This document shows, piece by piece, positions 1-18,815 of a stretch of 64,000 nt of DNA (positions within the stretch are counted from its first letter, which is position 1; every line of letters starts with the position of its first letter). Made by a program: the position numbers and the translations under genes. The notes under the pieces are model-generated. The model was given only the letters and a program-made list of their open reading frames with translations, ran no database searches and had not been told where the DNA came from. The DNA is from Chrysomallon squamiferum. Lineage: Eukaryota; Animalia; Mollusca. The stretch spans positions 1,922,001 through 1,986,000 of the forward strand of contig CM022674.1 in assembly GCA_012295275.1 (NCBI GenBank), written 5' to 3'.

Positions 1-1749
1 ATATTAATAATAATAATATTATTATTGTAGTAGTAGTAGTTGTTGTTGTTATTACTATTATTATTAGTAATTGTATTAGCAGTAGTAGTAGTAGCAGTAG
101 TTGTAGCAGTAGTAGTAGTAGTAGAAGTAGTAGTGTAGTGGTGGTGGTGGTAGTGGTAGTAGTAGTAGTGAATTAAACCATGATTATGGCTGTCATTTTA
201 TTTATTTTACTGTTTCAGATATTATTAAATCCAACGAATAGATATAATCAAAATATAAAACTATATGACTTTAAAGATAGGTTTAACAACAACAACAACA
301 ACAACAATAATAATAATAATGACGAAGAACAAGAATAATAACAGAAAAGGAAGAATAACTCCCATAATAAATAAATTTAAAAAAAAAAAAAAAAATAAAA
401 AAGGGTGGGGTGGCAATAAAAGCAAAGATGACGCAACAACTTTAACTTTAATGGGGGGATCTTTGAGATTTTAAAGTTTGTTTTTCGTTTCCAGACACGG
501 TTCTTATTGTCAATTTACCTGTCCCAACTTTAATCTAAATTAACGATCAACATTTACTCAGTCTCTAGGCCGTCATAAATGTCACATTGTGTGTTTATAA
601 CTTTGGAGTGGCCCTGTCCATAGCGTAACGTCAACGACTGGTCACCAACGTGCACTTACCATCGCTGATTATCATTAGCGTTATTGGCGTAATTAGTGTC
701 AAACACCAGTTTTATTGGTGTTTCATAGACTGGAAAGTAGGAAAATGTCTCGGAGAATTTTCCGCAGTAGTAATTTCCTGTGTTCACGTTTTTGTGGTGT
801 AGTTACAGTCATTTAAAGCCAGACAGGCTTGTTACAGTGTCAGACACCTTGTAAACAGTTTATTCTGTCAATTATTCGTTCGTGAAATGACTGTATTTAT
901 TTATTTTTTTGAACAAAAGCGACAACCGCTTGGGTTCCCTCCCTTTCACTTTCCCTTAGATTTCGTTCATTTCTCGTTATGGTACGTCTGCCTGTGAAAA
1001 TTATTACAAGCAGTCCTAGTTCAGAATTATAAATATCAAAATTGTGTTGCAGTTTAGCTTTTTTTTTAAACTGATATACTTCACCGTTACTGTTGCTAAC
1101 GGTTTCCATTCCATTAACAGTTATGTTTACATACTCATTTACGCTAAGCAAATCAAACGAAACAGTTTGTTACGGAAAAATAACAAAACAAAACAATTAC
1201 TTAACGTCATCAGTTGTGATGACGTCGTCAAGTCATCCCGACCATTATGACGTCATAATACAAGGGCATAAACACCCAAACCAAACTGATGATAAAAAAA
1301 TAACGGGCCTGTTTTGTTTCTTAAAACTCATAAATTAATTACCACAAACAATTCGTTCTCGCGGTAACAAACAATGTATGGCCAAAAATATTTACCTAAT
1401 ATTCACACCTCGTTCATTTCCCGGTTTCTGATAAACACTGCACGTGTATTACGTAAGCTTTTCGTTATAGATCGGCAAATAAATAATTATGCGTTAGTTA
1501 TGCAATGTTTTGTAAGATGGATTACACTCTCGGACTTTTTGTAATATAGTTAACACGTTTTCACTGATAATATGGTTTCTACTCTTCTGGTTTTTATGAT
1601 TAAAGAATAACACCCCCGCACCGACAGGTAATATTTTAATATTTAATCAGTATACCTTTCTTATCGTAACTCTTTCGATTGTCGTTGGTCTTAATAATTA
1701 AATATGTTTTCAAACTTCTTGTTTTAAAAAAAGTAATTCAATAAATAAA

Positions 1750-1800
<51 letters not shown>

Positions 1801-1830
1801 TATTATTATTATTATTATATTATATTATAA

Positions 1831-1926
<96 letters not shown>

Positions 1927-2037
1927 CCTGCTTCGACTTTATTTGTGATAGACAGTTTATAATGTTATATCCTTTTATCAAATATTGCCCCAATGAAATT
2001 AATATATCATAATTAATATTCAAATAGTAATTCAAAT

Positions 2038-2099
<62 letters not shown>

Positions 2100-2668
2100 G
2101 TAAGTAATATTTAGTTACTAGTATTTTAAAATTACTAGAATTCGTTTATTTAGACAACTATTATTATTTAATATACATTCGTGTGATTTCCTTGTAATTA
2201 ATATTCAAACGACGTCGCTCGAAATTCTCTAATTTTAGCTCACTGCGACGCCTACTTTGTTTATATACAGCGCGGGGTGAGTGTGAGGTGGGGGGAGATG
2301 GTGGATGCGGCGGTTTCTGTTCGGCGAGTTAATCCTCGATTAATCCCAAGTTAATCTGAGAGCTGCCTCCGACAAAACGACGTGGTCGACTAGGTAAACG
2401 TCAACCCTGTTAGTCAACAAACCGTTGCCCACGTCGGCACTATTGTGGGAGATTTATGTAAAATACCAAGTCTGTTTGTGACGTGCGCTCAGTTTGCAGT
2501 TTGACCAACGCTGTTGATAAAATGACTGTTGTCAAGCTTTTTTTCTTTCTTTTTTTTTTTTGCCGTGAAAGCCTGTAGGTTATAGGATCAAATACAGGTA
2601 CTGACAACGTACCAAGATGTGACTGGTTTTTTTTTGTTACAACATCATACGTATCTTCTGTGTAACAT

Positions 2669-2703
<35 letters not shown>

Positions 2704-2719
2704 TTATTATTATTATTAT

Positions 2720-2772
<53 letters not shown>

Positions 2773-2910
2773 ATAGGAGTAGTAGTAGTAGTAGTAGCAG
2801 TAGTAGTAGTAGCAGCAGCAGCAGTAACATTATGTGGACTATATGCCCAGCTTAATTTGCGTTTACATGCAAACACATTTTAAATTGAACTATTAACTGT
2901 GTTGCTCTCT

Positions 2911-2968
<58 letters not shown>

Positions 2969-3775
2969 ATACTTTCACCAACACTTCAGGATTAAGAGGC
3001 TGATGTAGATATTTAAAACATCACTGGATGAAAGCAGCTTTCAGTAGTTTCTTGGTTGCTGGTAATTAGATCAGTTTCCATAAGTAATCGTACCTTCATT
3101 ATATCGTATCCAAGAATTTCTTTATTAAAAAGTAAAATAAAAAAAAAAAAATAAAAAAAAAATAAATAAATAAATAAATAAATAAATAAAATAAATAAAA
3201 TAAAATGAAATAAAAATAAAAATATATATATAAAAAAAAAAAAAAATAAAAAAAAAATAAAAATAAAATAAATAAAAAATGTTTAAATCTACGATTTCAA
3301 GGCATCAAACGTAATGGTTAGAAAGCGTTTCTCCATTATTATTAGTATCTGAGATACAGGAGATATCTTTATAAGAATTGTTAAATTAATAAATCAAAAG
3401 CAGCTCAGATACACCCTTTTAATCTCGCCCAGCCCTTGTGTAAAATGTCGACAGAGAGAGAGAACGCCCTCTGTGTCCAAATTAAGTACATATGAGTGGC
3501 GTAACAGTAGACTAGCATTCAGTTATGTATCAGCCTGAGTGAGCAGTAACAGTGGATATTAAATCTTTGATTTACTCGATAGCTAAAAGCTGCTAATATT
3601 TTAAGGGCTGATAAAGGTGTGCGTATTTCGGGTGTAGGATGACGGGGGTCAGAGGTCACGGCGATAACATCGGCTGCGGGCGGATTAGAACCAGCAGATA
3701 ATCGTCATCGTCTGCTGCCGTGAAATCGTCTGCGAAATCGATCTGGCGCTCAGATTGGCGCCATCTTTTATTTCT

Positions 3776-3865
<90 letters not shown>

Positions 3866-3902
3866 TCCTCCCTCCCTCTCTCTCTCTCTCTCTCCCTCCC
3901 CC

Positions 3903-3997
<95 letters not shown>

Positions 3998-4709
3998 CTA
4001 CCCATCTAACTTCCCATCCATCCAGGTATTTCCCTGTCTATCTGTCCATATATCCAACCATCCATCTCTCTGTCTATTGTCTATTTGTGCATTTCATCTT
4101 TCGTTTAGTGTCTATCGATTCTATAATATTTATTTGTTTCTGTGCCTACCTATCTTTTTTTTTTTACTTCTCAGCCTGTGTTTATAACCTAATATCTTTC
4201 GCTATCTCTCTTCCTGTCTGTAATATTTCTATCAGTGTTAACTGTCTGTCTGTCTACCCATTTATAGATCCATGCATTCCTCAAACTTATTTCAATGTAT
4301 CATTCCAAGAAAAAATATGTTAAAGAAACACCTTCACTGAAATATACACATACACTTCATTCACACACACAAGACACAGACACACACGCACGCACACACG
4401 AACACACATTTACTGGCTGATATAAAATCATTTGGCACCAAAGAGAGTGTCCGCATGAGAACGTGTCTGTACTTATCTATGTAAGTATGTATATCGAAAG
4501 ATTTTTTTTTTTTATGTGGTAGTCACTACTCATAGATGAATAAGAAAACACGTATTAAAAAAACAGCTATAATTTTTATGTTCACACGCATTAAAAATTA
4601 ACAAGTGATTTGAATAAAAAAAATCCACATTTTGATTTATTATTATTATTATTAGTAGTAGTAGTAGTAGTAGTAGTAGTACAGCAGTAACAACAGTAGT
4701 AGTAATAGT

Positions 4710-4792
4710 CGGGTTCGGAAAAAATGACACTGGACAAAAATGGCACCGGAAAAAATGGCACCGGAAAAAAATGACACTCGGAAAAAATGGTT
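4710..4792. repeat. Short tandem GGAAAAAATG(G/A)CAC repeats, possibly the subterminal array of a DNA transposon fragment
   Basis: Five ~15-16-bp copies following CGGGTTC. The transposon origin is an inference. Confidence 0.5.
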
Positions 4793-5217
4793 TCACTTCT
4801 GTAAATAAAGTGTTTTATACAATGTTTCAGTATTTATCATATAAATGTTATTATTCAGTGCTTATAGGAGAGTTCATTGATTGCATAATGTTTAACTATT
4901 TGAACCACGAAATTTATTATTTTGTTTCGTGAACTGTACACTTGTACAATATTCCAATTACTGTAGAATATTTCAGATGTTTACAGTTTCTCTTTGTGTT
5001 TGTTCACGAAGTCATTATGTTTTATTGAATTGTACAATATTTATTTATTGTTTCTCTGAAGGTATTTATATTTCATTTATATAATAATAATAATAAAGTC
5101 ATTATAGTTTATTTAAATATAAAGTATTTATATACTGTTCCACTGACTGAAAATGTTTTAGTTAGGATGTTGTTTCTGCTTTTATTATTATTATCATCAT
5201 TATTATTATTAATTTTA

Positions 5218-5271
<54 letters not shown>

Positions 5272-5643
5272 AACAGCACGCTTTCCTTACTAAATATGTT
5301 TCAGCTACTGTACAGTGTTTCAGTCTGAATGACGTCAACAAAGTTATTATAACTTCAATGAACTGTTTACACATTGTTTTCACTGACAACAACAACAACA
5401 ACAACAACACACTACAATGTTTCACTGTTCATACTTCAGCCTCTGTGTTCACACACGAAGTCCGGTCTCCTAGGCAAAAGCAAGAACCGATAAAGCTGAA
5501 TGAAGAACACACACAAGTGTCGGAATGCGATAGCTACTCGATAAGCTCGCGCACGGGTCACGTGATAATTCCAGGTATGGCGGGACTTTTATCGGGAATT
5601 CGGGTGCCCCGTGTTATCTAAGTAACCGCTGTAAGCCTCGATA

Positions 5644-5895
5644 AGGCGGAGTTTTCCCACAGGGAACGGTGTGCCAACTGGTCGCGTGGCACGTGCGCTT
5701 ATTTACTTCTCTCGCTTTCTTACATTTGACGGACATGTCCCTCGCATCAGCGCTTCGATAAGCGGGGCACCGCCTCGACCAATCGGATCGCTCGGCAAGC
5801 GGCGGGCAGCTGGCAGCCCGCAGAAAGCCGCGTTTTCATTGGTCGGGTGTTCGGGCATGCGACCGTGGGAAACGTCTGTCGCATTACTTCACACA
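5644..5895 (+). promoter_or_regulatory. HES-A proximal promoter with Su(H)/CSL paired site (SPS)
   Basis: Single CSL site TTCCCACA 5654-5661; HES-type E-box GGCACGTG 5688-5695; CCAAT 5779; proneural-type GCAGCTG 5806-5812; ATTGG 5838; head-to-head CSL pair CGTGGGAA 5864-5871 + 16-bp spacer + TTCACACA 5888-5895. Confidence 0.85.
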
Positions 5896-6091
5896 GGCCT
5901 GAGACAAAAGCTCCCCCCCCCCCACCGACCCTAGTTAAGCTATGTCAACGAAAAAAGATCTGTCATTTTAGTACTCGACGCAGGAGCGGAATAAAATTCT
6001 CATGCTCGAGTCGAGTCGAGTCGAGACGTAGCGAGCCACCTGTAGATTAATTTTTTTACAGCGAAAAAGTTTCTCCGAAACGACGGGCAAA

Positions 6092-9432
<3,341 letters not shown>

Positions 9433-9445
9433 TGAAAGAAACAAT

Positions 9446-9753
9446 TGTGATGTGATAAAAGGACATTAAAACAGTTTTAAAAAAAAACAAAATAAAAACG
9501 TAACAAAACGTAAATGACGTAAGGACTATTTTTACGTGAAAAATACGTCATACGAATTGTGTAGACAACTTTTCGTAGAGCTGATATTTCAGGAAAATAT
9601 CAACTAACTAATCAGCGTTTAGTTTTGCGCTGACAGTTTACATGATGTTCTAGAACGTTCTAAAATCATGTTATCGCTTCACTTCCGTGTCTTATATATA
9701 TTTATATATATATGTATGTATGTATGTATATATATATATATATACCTGTGATA
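9446..9753 (+). promoter_or_regulatory. K-box (miR-2 family seed match) sites in HES-A 3'UTR
   Basis: TGTGAT 9446-9451, TGTGATA 9451-9457 and perfect 8-mer CTGTGATA 9746-9753, all downstream of the stop codon. Confidence 0.65.
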
Positions 9754-10297
9754 AACATTCCACATGTTACCGCTGAACGCTCATTGTCGTGAAATCTAGT
9801 TTAATCATTAAAACGATTAAATACAGTTTAAAAGATTCTGTCTTTTGTGTTGTTAAAATTTTGCAAATAGTTGTGTAAAGGTATTCCTTTCTGTTTCTTT
9901 TATTTCCTTCTTTTGTTGTTAATTTATTATTATTATTATTTTTGGCTTTCTAAAACTGCATTGATAGGATGGGAAGGTTTTTAAGGGACTGAACAGAAGA
10001 AAAACAACCAAACAAACAAACAATAAATAAATAAATAATTACATAAATAAATAAAAGTTAATAAAAGGACAGTTACCGAGAAAGTATCTAGTGGGCAATC
10101 TATAAGTTAGAAATGTTTATTCAAAACTCTATTTGACTTCCTTTCCCCTCCTAGTGTATGTACGGCTGTCTGTCTGTATGTATGTCTATACACTGTGTGA
10201 AAAGGCTGTGTTTATAAATAAAGATTTGTGTATGTACGTACGTATGTGTGTGTCTGTATTTATTCATTTATATATATGTGAGTGTGTGTGTGTGTGC

Positions 10298-10330
<33 letters not shown>

Positions 10331-10928
10331 AGTATATTTGTGACGTTAGTGTTTATAGTAAACACACCGAACAAAATATTCATGTCAGTCATCCTCGGAT
10401 GAAATCTTGTAATAATATATCATCAGCCTTACTACTACTACTACTACTGCTACTACTACTGCTACTACTACTACTACTACTACTACTACTAAAACTACTA
10501 CTACTGTTACTATTACTGTTATTATTATCATCATCATCATCATCATTATCTTTTTTTGTTGTATGTTGTTATTATATACCTACAGTTTACCAACTTAACT
10601 TTTATCTCAATAACAAAACGGACAAAAAAAAAACTGAATTTCGTTACTGTAAAATATACTCGTTGAATCAAGTCAAGTTTTTAAAGTAGACGGTTTTACT
10701 AAGTACGAAATTTGATACGTGTATATCTAAACAAGGAAGACTGGTTAGCACTTACACCATTAGAACTGATAATAATGGGACTAAAGATTAAAGAGGTGAG
10801 AAAACCACTAAAATAAATAATAGACTGTTTGTGTCGTGGATTATTCTGTTTCCACAGTATAATCCTTTTCGAGCTCTCTCTCTTAACGGAATCAATTAGC
10901 AAGTAAGGGAAGAAAGGGTTAGAGACAT

Positions 10929-11043
<115 letters not shown>

Positions 11044-11491
11044 GTTAATACATTAGGCAGAAGGATAACTCGGTAACAACAACCACAGCGATAATTATAG
11101 TTGTAACTATTAACTGTAATAACTACTAATAATAACAGTTTTTTTAAATTTACACACAAATGCATGTTCTTGATAAATACACCCAAACGGTATTAGTAAA
11201 TACCTATGTCCAGAAAGGGGTACCAATTAAAACTCTGTCACTTAAACGATACGGAAAAAAATCTTAGCCAAATTATTGTAATAATTATTGTCAGATATAT
11301 ACACTGAGGAACATGTGACACATGTTAATATGTGGCATTTCTTAGAATGTCAGCTAGGTATCTTTTAAGCTAATCAATAACTGGTAACTGCAAGAAATTT
11401 GTTTCTGAAAAAACATTCTTTATTTTACATGCTGAATTGAACCAATAATTATTAAACAAATAATGGTTTGTTTCTTCTGCGCTAGTGTCTG

Positions 11492-11571
<80 letters not shown>

Positions 11572-12261
11572 CCTTCGCATTCCATTTTGTTTTCTTGTTG
11601 TTATCTGTCTGTAAGTCTGAGTCATTTCTGAAATAGTTTTTTTTAAGTTTTAAGTTTTTTAAGTCTGAATAAAAAACACGTTATCTTATACATAAATATG
11701 TATTTACCTATTTATACTTTTATATATATTTATTTATATACACACATCCAACTTGCATTTCGTCACGTTTGTTTGCCACGTAATAGAAAAACCACTGAAG
11801 CGGAAACACTCGAAAGTTTTCCTAGTCATTTGGACGATCGCGAGTCCTCGCCTCCATTGTTCAGAGTCGTCTCCCCTTTTGTTCGGAGTCGTCTCCCCTT
11901 TAATAATGTTCGTCCGCTGCTGCTCCTTTGTGGCACTGAATCGCCCTGATTAGCGAACACTAGTTTTCGGTCGTTGTTCATATTGCTTGTTGCTCCTTTG
12001 AGCAATAATTCTTACCTTATTCTCGTCCGCTTCGCTACACTTTGAGAAGGCTAAAGATCAAATTCCGTTTCACCTAGATGTCGCTGTTAATCCTCTCTAA
12101 GACTATCTTAAGAATTTGTCAAACAAAATAGTCGCTCACAAAAGCGCTAGTGTTGGGGAGACTTCTGCTACAAGGATGGGATTATCTAGAAGCAGAAGTC
12201 AGATTTGGCTTGCGAGTTAAAAAGAAAAAAACGGAAAAAAAAACAACAAAACATGGAAAAT

Positions 12262-12299
<38 letters not shown>

Positions 12300-13867
12300 T
12301 AACAAAATGTTAGGGATATAAGCATGAAAACACTGAGAAGCATTTTTTGAGGGGGGGGATCAAAGCGGATTAGAAAAACCACACCTGTCTGAGCAGATTA
12401 AAGAGGATTAGAATCGTCGTTTCATCTTTGTCGAAGAGAAAATAGTATATTTTACAATTCAAATTTTATTTTTATTTTTTTATATAAAGAAAAAAAGAAA
12501 AAAAGAAAAAAAAAAAAAAGAAAAAGGGGAATACTTCGTCCAGTCCAACAAATTTATGTTAATAAATGAATCTTTTCAAATTCGTTGTACGGAAGAACCC
12601 GAAATTAATTTACAAACTGATGTGAAAAAATTCACACAAAAAAAAGAGAGTATTTCAAGGTTGTTTTTTATTTTTTTCATTCTGTGATAGATTATATGAC
12701 CTTGACTTTTAGATGATGTTAAATATGTATGTGGAAAACTTTGTAATCACAAATTCTTTTTCAGTGAATCATTTCCTTAGCGATGTTTTCAGAATCCAAT
12801 ACATAATAATTAGCTTATAACAACAACGACGATAACATCAGCTTCGCCACCATCAACAGCGACAACAATAATGATAAAAGCGAGCACAGTAATAGCTGTT
12901 GAAGAAATAGTAATATATAATATAAAACAGTAGTCTGTCTGTCTGTCTGTCTGTCCATCTGAGTATATATATAATATAGTATGTATCTATTTATGTATGT
13001 ATGTGTATGTGTATGTGTATGTATACGTACGTATGTATGTTTGTATATGTGTAGGTACGCATGTATATATGTATATATGTTTATATGTATGTATGTGTGT
13101 ATGTGTGTGTGTATGTATGTATGTATGTATGAATGTATATATATTTATATGTATGTGTGTATGTATGTATGTATATATGTATGTATATATGTATGTATGT
13201 ATGTCTGAATGTATGTATGTATATATGTATGTATGTATGCTTGTATGTATGTATGTCTGAATGAATGTATGTATGTATATATGTATGTATGTATAACTGT
13301 ATGTATGTATGTATGTACATATGTATGTGTGTCTGTAAGTATGTATGTATATGTGTGTGTCTGAATGTAGGTGTGTGTGTAGTATGTATGTGTGTATAAT
13401 GTCTTTCTATAGGTATGTTTGTAAGTACCTATCTAAGTATGAGTATGTGCATGCATGTGTGTGTGTGTTTGTGCGAGTGCGTTTCACTATCGTGCATTTC
13501 CGTGCGTCCGTTTTGTCTCCATCACGTTGCGGACATTAACTTACACGGGGAGCATGACTCACGGTGCAAAACAAAAACGACAGGTACGAAAAAAACCCTG
13601 ACTGATATAGATGAGAAATCGACATTTTCCCACACTACCTGAATAGACGGAACACCTGTAAACGACACACCTGAGTCAACGCTCAGGTATTCCGTGTCAA
13701 TCAGCAGAGAGGAGGGGGCGGGGCGAGAGGTGAAACAAATTATATGTTTATGCGTCGTCGCTGTATAATAAGCAGCAACAATTCGGCGGGACGAATTGAT
13801 AAATAACAAGCGCGCGAGATATCATTAAATACACGTTAAACAGTCATGTAGAGGTGTAGAGTCATCT

Positions 13868-13941
<74 letters not shown>

Positions 13942-14552
13942 TGGGAGGTGGGGGGTGTAATGTGTTAGTGAGTGTGATTGTGTATGTGTATGTGTTTATG
14001 TGTGTATGTGTGTATGTGTGTGTGGATGGTGGGAGGTGGGGGGTGTAATGTGTTAGTGTGATTGTGTATGTATGTATGTGTTTATGTATGTGTGTTTATG
14101 TGTGTATGTATGTGTGTATATACAAAAATACAAATACAAATACAAATAATCATAGCATGTATGTATGTATATATGTATATATATATATGTAAATTCCTAT
14201 TATTTCTCAGAATAAATGGTAACTTTAGAGACAGCCTATATGTGTGTATGTATATATTTAGAAAAAAGAGCTGTACGATTTAAAATGAAACGAAATATCA
14301 AGCTGATCTTTGTATTTGTATTTCAGAAGAAGTTTAAATAAATAAAAATATATAAATAAATAAATAAAAAATAAAAATAAATAAAAATAAATAATTTTAA
14401 ATTATATAAATAAATAAGTAAATAAATAAATAAATAAAAATATAAATAAAAATATATAAAAAAATAAATAAATAAATAAATAAATAAACAAATAGATAAA
14501 ATTAATAGATCATTCTATAAATCGTGCTCATGAAACAGATGACAGCTTCAAA

Positions 14553-14646
14553 ATCTACAAATGAAGTGATGGTCGGAACATGGAAACATCTAATTATTCG
14601 ATCTACAAATGAAGTGATGGTCGAGACTTACAATCATCTAATTATT
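14553..14646. repeat. 48-bp tandem duplication
   Basis: ATCTACAAATGAAGTGATGGTCG at 14553 and 14601, each followed by CATCTAATTATT. Confidence 0.8.
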
Positions 14647-15914
14647 ACACCCCGGGACATTCATTTATTTAAAAGCACATGACTCTGTTTTAGTACGCGT
14701 GTTATATTAGGTTTGTTTTCCTGATAGGCTACTGATAAGTTGTACGGTTTGCATATGAGTTTGGTTGATTATTTTTAACTTGTAGATTGGTTGACTCAAC
14801 GGTTGACTATTTGTATGTATGTATGTATGTATGGATGGATGGATGGATGGATGGATGGATGTATGTATGGTATGTATGTATGGATGGATGGATGGATGGA
14901 TGGATGGATGTAGGTATGTAGGTATGTATGTATGGATGGATGGATGGATGGATGGATGTAGGTATGTATGTATGTATGGATGGATGGATGGATGGATGGA
15001 TGGATGGATGGATGAATGCACGGATGGACGGGTTATTAAATTAAGCGACAAGAAGTTTAAGAAAATAAAAGCCAGCAATTATATTTTCGCCGGAAGATTT
15101 GCAACGAGAAAAAAAAAAAAAAAAAAAAAAAAAAAACGTTTTTCAAAAAAAAAGTTCTAACTTGTTGACGAACTGGTCTCTGACTCCCATACTGTGCCCG
15201 ACGTTGTTATCGTCAACTCGGTGGCCGTCAGGCATGACGTCGTATTGTTGTGGCCTGTACACGTGTGCGTAACGACATCAATAGACGCTGGGTGTTTACA
15301 ATAATTTCCAGAAAAGCAGTGTTTGAATATATGAACTGCGCTCACGAAACCAAGTCGACACGAAGTTTAACCTTGGGTTCTTTGTCGTTCTTCGCGGTTT
15401 TCGCACATTACACGCATGCGTGCATCACTATAAAAGACTGGTAAATAAAAATCGATACACGTTGACCTGAGTATGTGTTTGAATTAATAAATCAGTAATA
15501 AATAAATAAATAAATAAATAAATAAATTAAACGAATAACTTGAATTTTTAGTAACATCTAAATATAAAGAAATAAAATTACTGTTACGTCCCGTTGTTTT
15601 TAATTTATTACGAAAGAGAAATAATTTTTTTTTCTAAAAATCCCATAGATTTGAGGGATGCAATAGATTCTAATTTCTTTTTTTTTTTTTTTTTAAGTTT
15701 CATTATTAAAGAATCATTCATAGGTTGAGTCATCGATAATTTATATCAGAAATATATATATTATAAAAAAGATAATTAAAAAAATTGTTTATTTAAGTGT
15801 AAGATATTGTTAAAACAACAATAGATACAGAAAAACTTCTTCTTTTTTTTCCGAATATATTTTCGAACTTGTCAGAGTTCGGTTACATTTTATCAGCAAA
15901 AGATTGTCTTTTAC

Positions 15915-15964
<50 letters not shown>

Positions 15965-17089
15965 GAAGAAGAAGAATAAGAAATAAGAATAAATAAATAA
16001 ATAAAACAGTTACTTGAAAATATATATAGGTACAGAATGAGTAAGAGAAACATAGAAAGAAAACTAAAACAGAAATAAACAGACAAACAGACAGTGAGTC
16101 AGCAAGACAGACAGACAGACAGTCATAGAGATATAAAATGAAATGAAATGAAATGAAATATAATAATGATAATAATAATAAGAAGAAGAGGACGAAGAAG
16201 AGGAATATGATGATGATGATGATGATGACGATGACGATGACGTAATAAAACATGTAGAAAAACATAGGGATTTACGCATATTCATATTTGTTAGACAGTA
16301 TATCCAAAAAGCGGAATGCACTTCGGAATTTTCTTTGCTTTGGTGACATAAATTATGTTAATAAGACAGGTGGCTCGTCGAAACCCCCCTCCCTGCCCCG
16401 CCCCGCCTTGCAACTCCCCCCTCTCCCCCCTGCGCAACGTCCGTCATTTCGACACAGCTGGGATAATACAGTTACTACTAACCAATGCAACATCAAAAGC
16501 AACAGGTCATTTCTCGCAAACAAAAAAACCATTTCTTTTTTTCTCCCTTTACTCGGCTATCAAATGTTCCGCTAATGAAGACGATTGGATTTTTTTATTT
16601 TTTTATTTGCGCAATAAATCCGCCTATCTTCCCCGTCAAGTGCCGCTCACCACCCGGCACCGCAGCGCCCTCTTTTGATGCCTCGTGCTTATCACCGGCT
16701 TTGGGGCTTTAGCGACTGTCCAGCACTGCCGTCCTTTGGTCAGCAGGAAATGCGGACGTTGCAGGAATTTTTTCCTCCTGCAGAGCTGTCGTTAACAAGG
16801 GTCCGCACGCACGTCATAAGCGCGTGACGTAATCAAAGACGCCGACGTAGCGGTATACTGTCGAGGTCGACATCCACACGTGAAAGAGATCAAAGATTAA
16901 GGAAAGCAGGTGTAAAACGAGGGATCGGTTACATTACAAAGGAAACTCATCAACACCTTTTTTTTTTTAATCTTTTCTTTTTTACTCTGATGCTGATGTA
17001 CGTAGTTGTATTTTATGCACTACACGGATAAATAATTAATTAAGCAAACCCAGGAATTCATTGTAATATTTATTTTATTCGTACGTATA

Positions 17090-17138
<49 letters not shown>

Positions 17139-17440
17139 GTGCATACACTAATATATATATTACAGACAGACGAATAGACTCACGTACGCAACACTCACAG
17201 ACATATATACATACGTTTGTAAATACAGATGTGCATATTTATATACATACATTATATGATTACAGATAAACCTTCATAACTACTATATACAATAAAAATA
17301 AAAAAAATAAAAAATAAATAAATATTAGTACTGCAGATAGGATATAAATATTATTTGAAATTTGAAATGACAAACAAACTATATTGTTTTATATATTTAT
17401 TGTCTGTTAACAAACAAGAACAAAAATAGTTTCTACGTTA

Positions 17441-17547
<107 letters not shown>

Positions 17548-18776
17548 CTTGTAGTCTCTTTCTCTCGTCCATTATTATTGATTTTCTTTTCTTTTCTTTT
17601 TTCTTATACGTAGTTTTGATAAAAAAAATTAAAAAATTATATAACGTCATAGACATATAAAAAACGATTATATAAACCTATTGTAAAATACTTTGAATGA
17701 AAATATCCTGAAATCAGCACCGTGAAGGTTTCATCCTTCGAATAATCACGCATAAAACCAGTACTTAACCTCTGTGCAGCTTCCACCCTAACCCATCTCC
17801 CCCACCCCACAAACACTTTAATATACTTTTTTTTCTTCTGATGACGGACAAAAAAAAATAAAAACAAAAATAAAAAAAATGAATGTTTGCTAATTAACCG
17901 ATAAACGACGCACTCTGTTTTATCGGTTCTCTTTGTCGCTCTGTTTGAAAACCTACAAACAGAGACGACTTGTAACAACATCGACCACGTCTCAGCGTGT
18001 TGTCCGTCATTAAAACGTCTTATCTGCGACAATGACGACGTCTTAACCTGCAAAACCGTTTCCAGGTGCGTTGGAAACACGTAACCCACCTACCTACCTA
18101 CCTACCTGTGTGAAATTAATTACTCGAGGTGGATTAACAAGATTGGACCCCCCCATCCCTGTTTAGACGAATCTAAATTAGGTTTTGAAATTAAAGATAC
18201 TTCAAAGAGAAAAATCATGAAAATTTTCCAGAAGAACGTTAATTTTTTTATATTTTAAAATGCAGTAATCTGACTTTGTTGGAAAGAACCACATGCTGGT
18301 TAACAATTTGTAGCCAGGTATCCGTTTTAAAGCGTTTCTGAAGTCGCAATTATCACCTACTTACTTGTATCGGTAAAGATAAAAAGGGAGGAAATGTAAT
18401 TGTGTAAGTTAGAGGTATTTAAAAAGAGAATAAAATAAATAAAGAAACAATAAATAAAGAAAGAAACAATCAAACAAATAAACAAACAAACAAATAAACA
18501 AATAAATAAATAAATAAATAAACAAACAAACAAACAAACAAAATAAATAATAATAAATAGATAAATATATGAATAAAAAAAAATATATAATAATAATAAA
18601 TAGATAAATATATGAATACATTTTTGTTTTAAATAATAAATATATAACATAACGTAACACAGGATAACATTTATTAATATACTATTAGAGACTCCAATAA
18701 CATACAGTGCAAACAAAATAATAAATTCTCTCCATCTTTATGTATGTGCTTATGTGTAAGAATATATATATATACA

Positions 18777-18815
<39 letters not shown>

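Noticed and set aside
14553-14646. ATGAAGTGATG repeat resembling a C/D snoRNA
   Set aside because: No proper C box plus D box or terminal stem; it is a simple tandem duplication.
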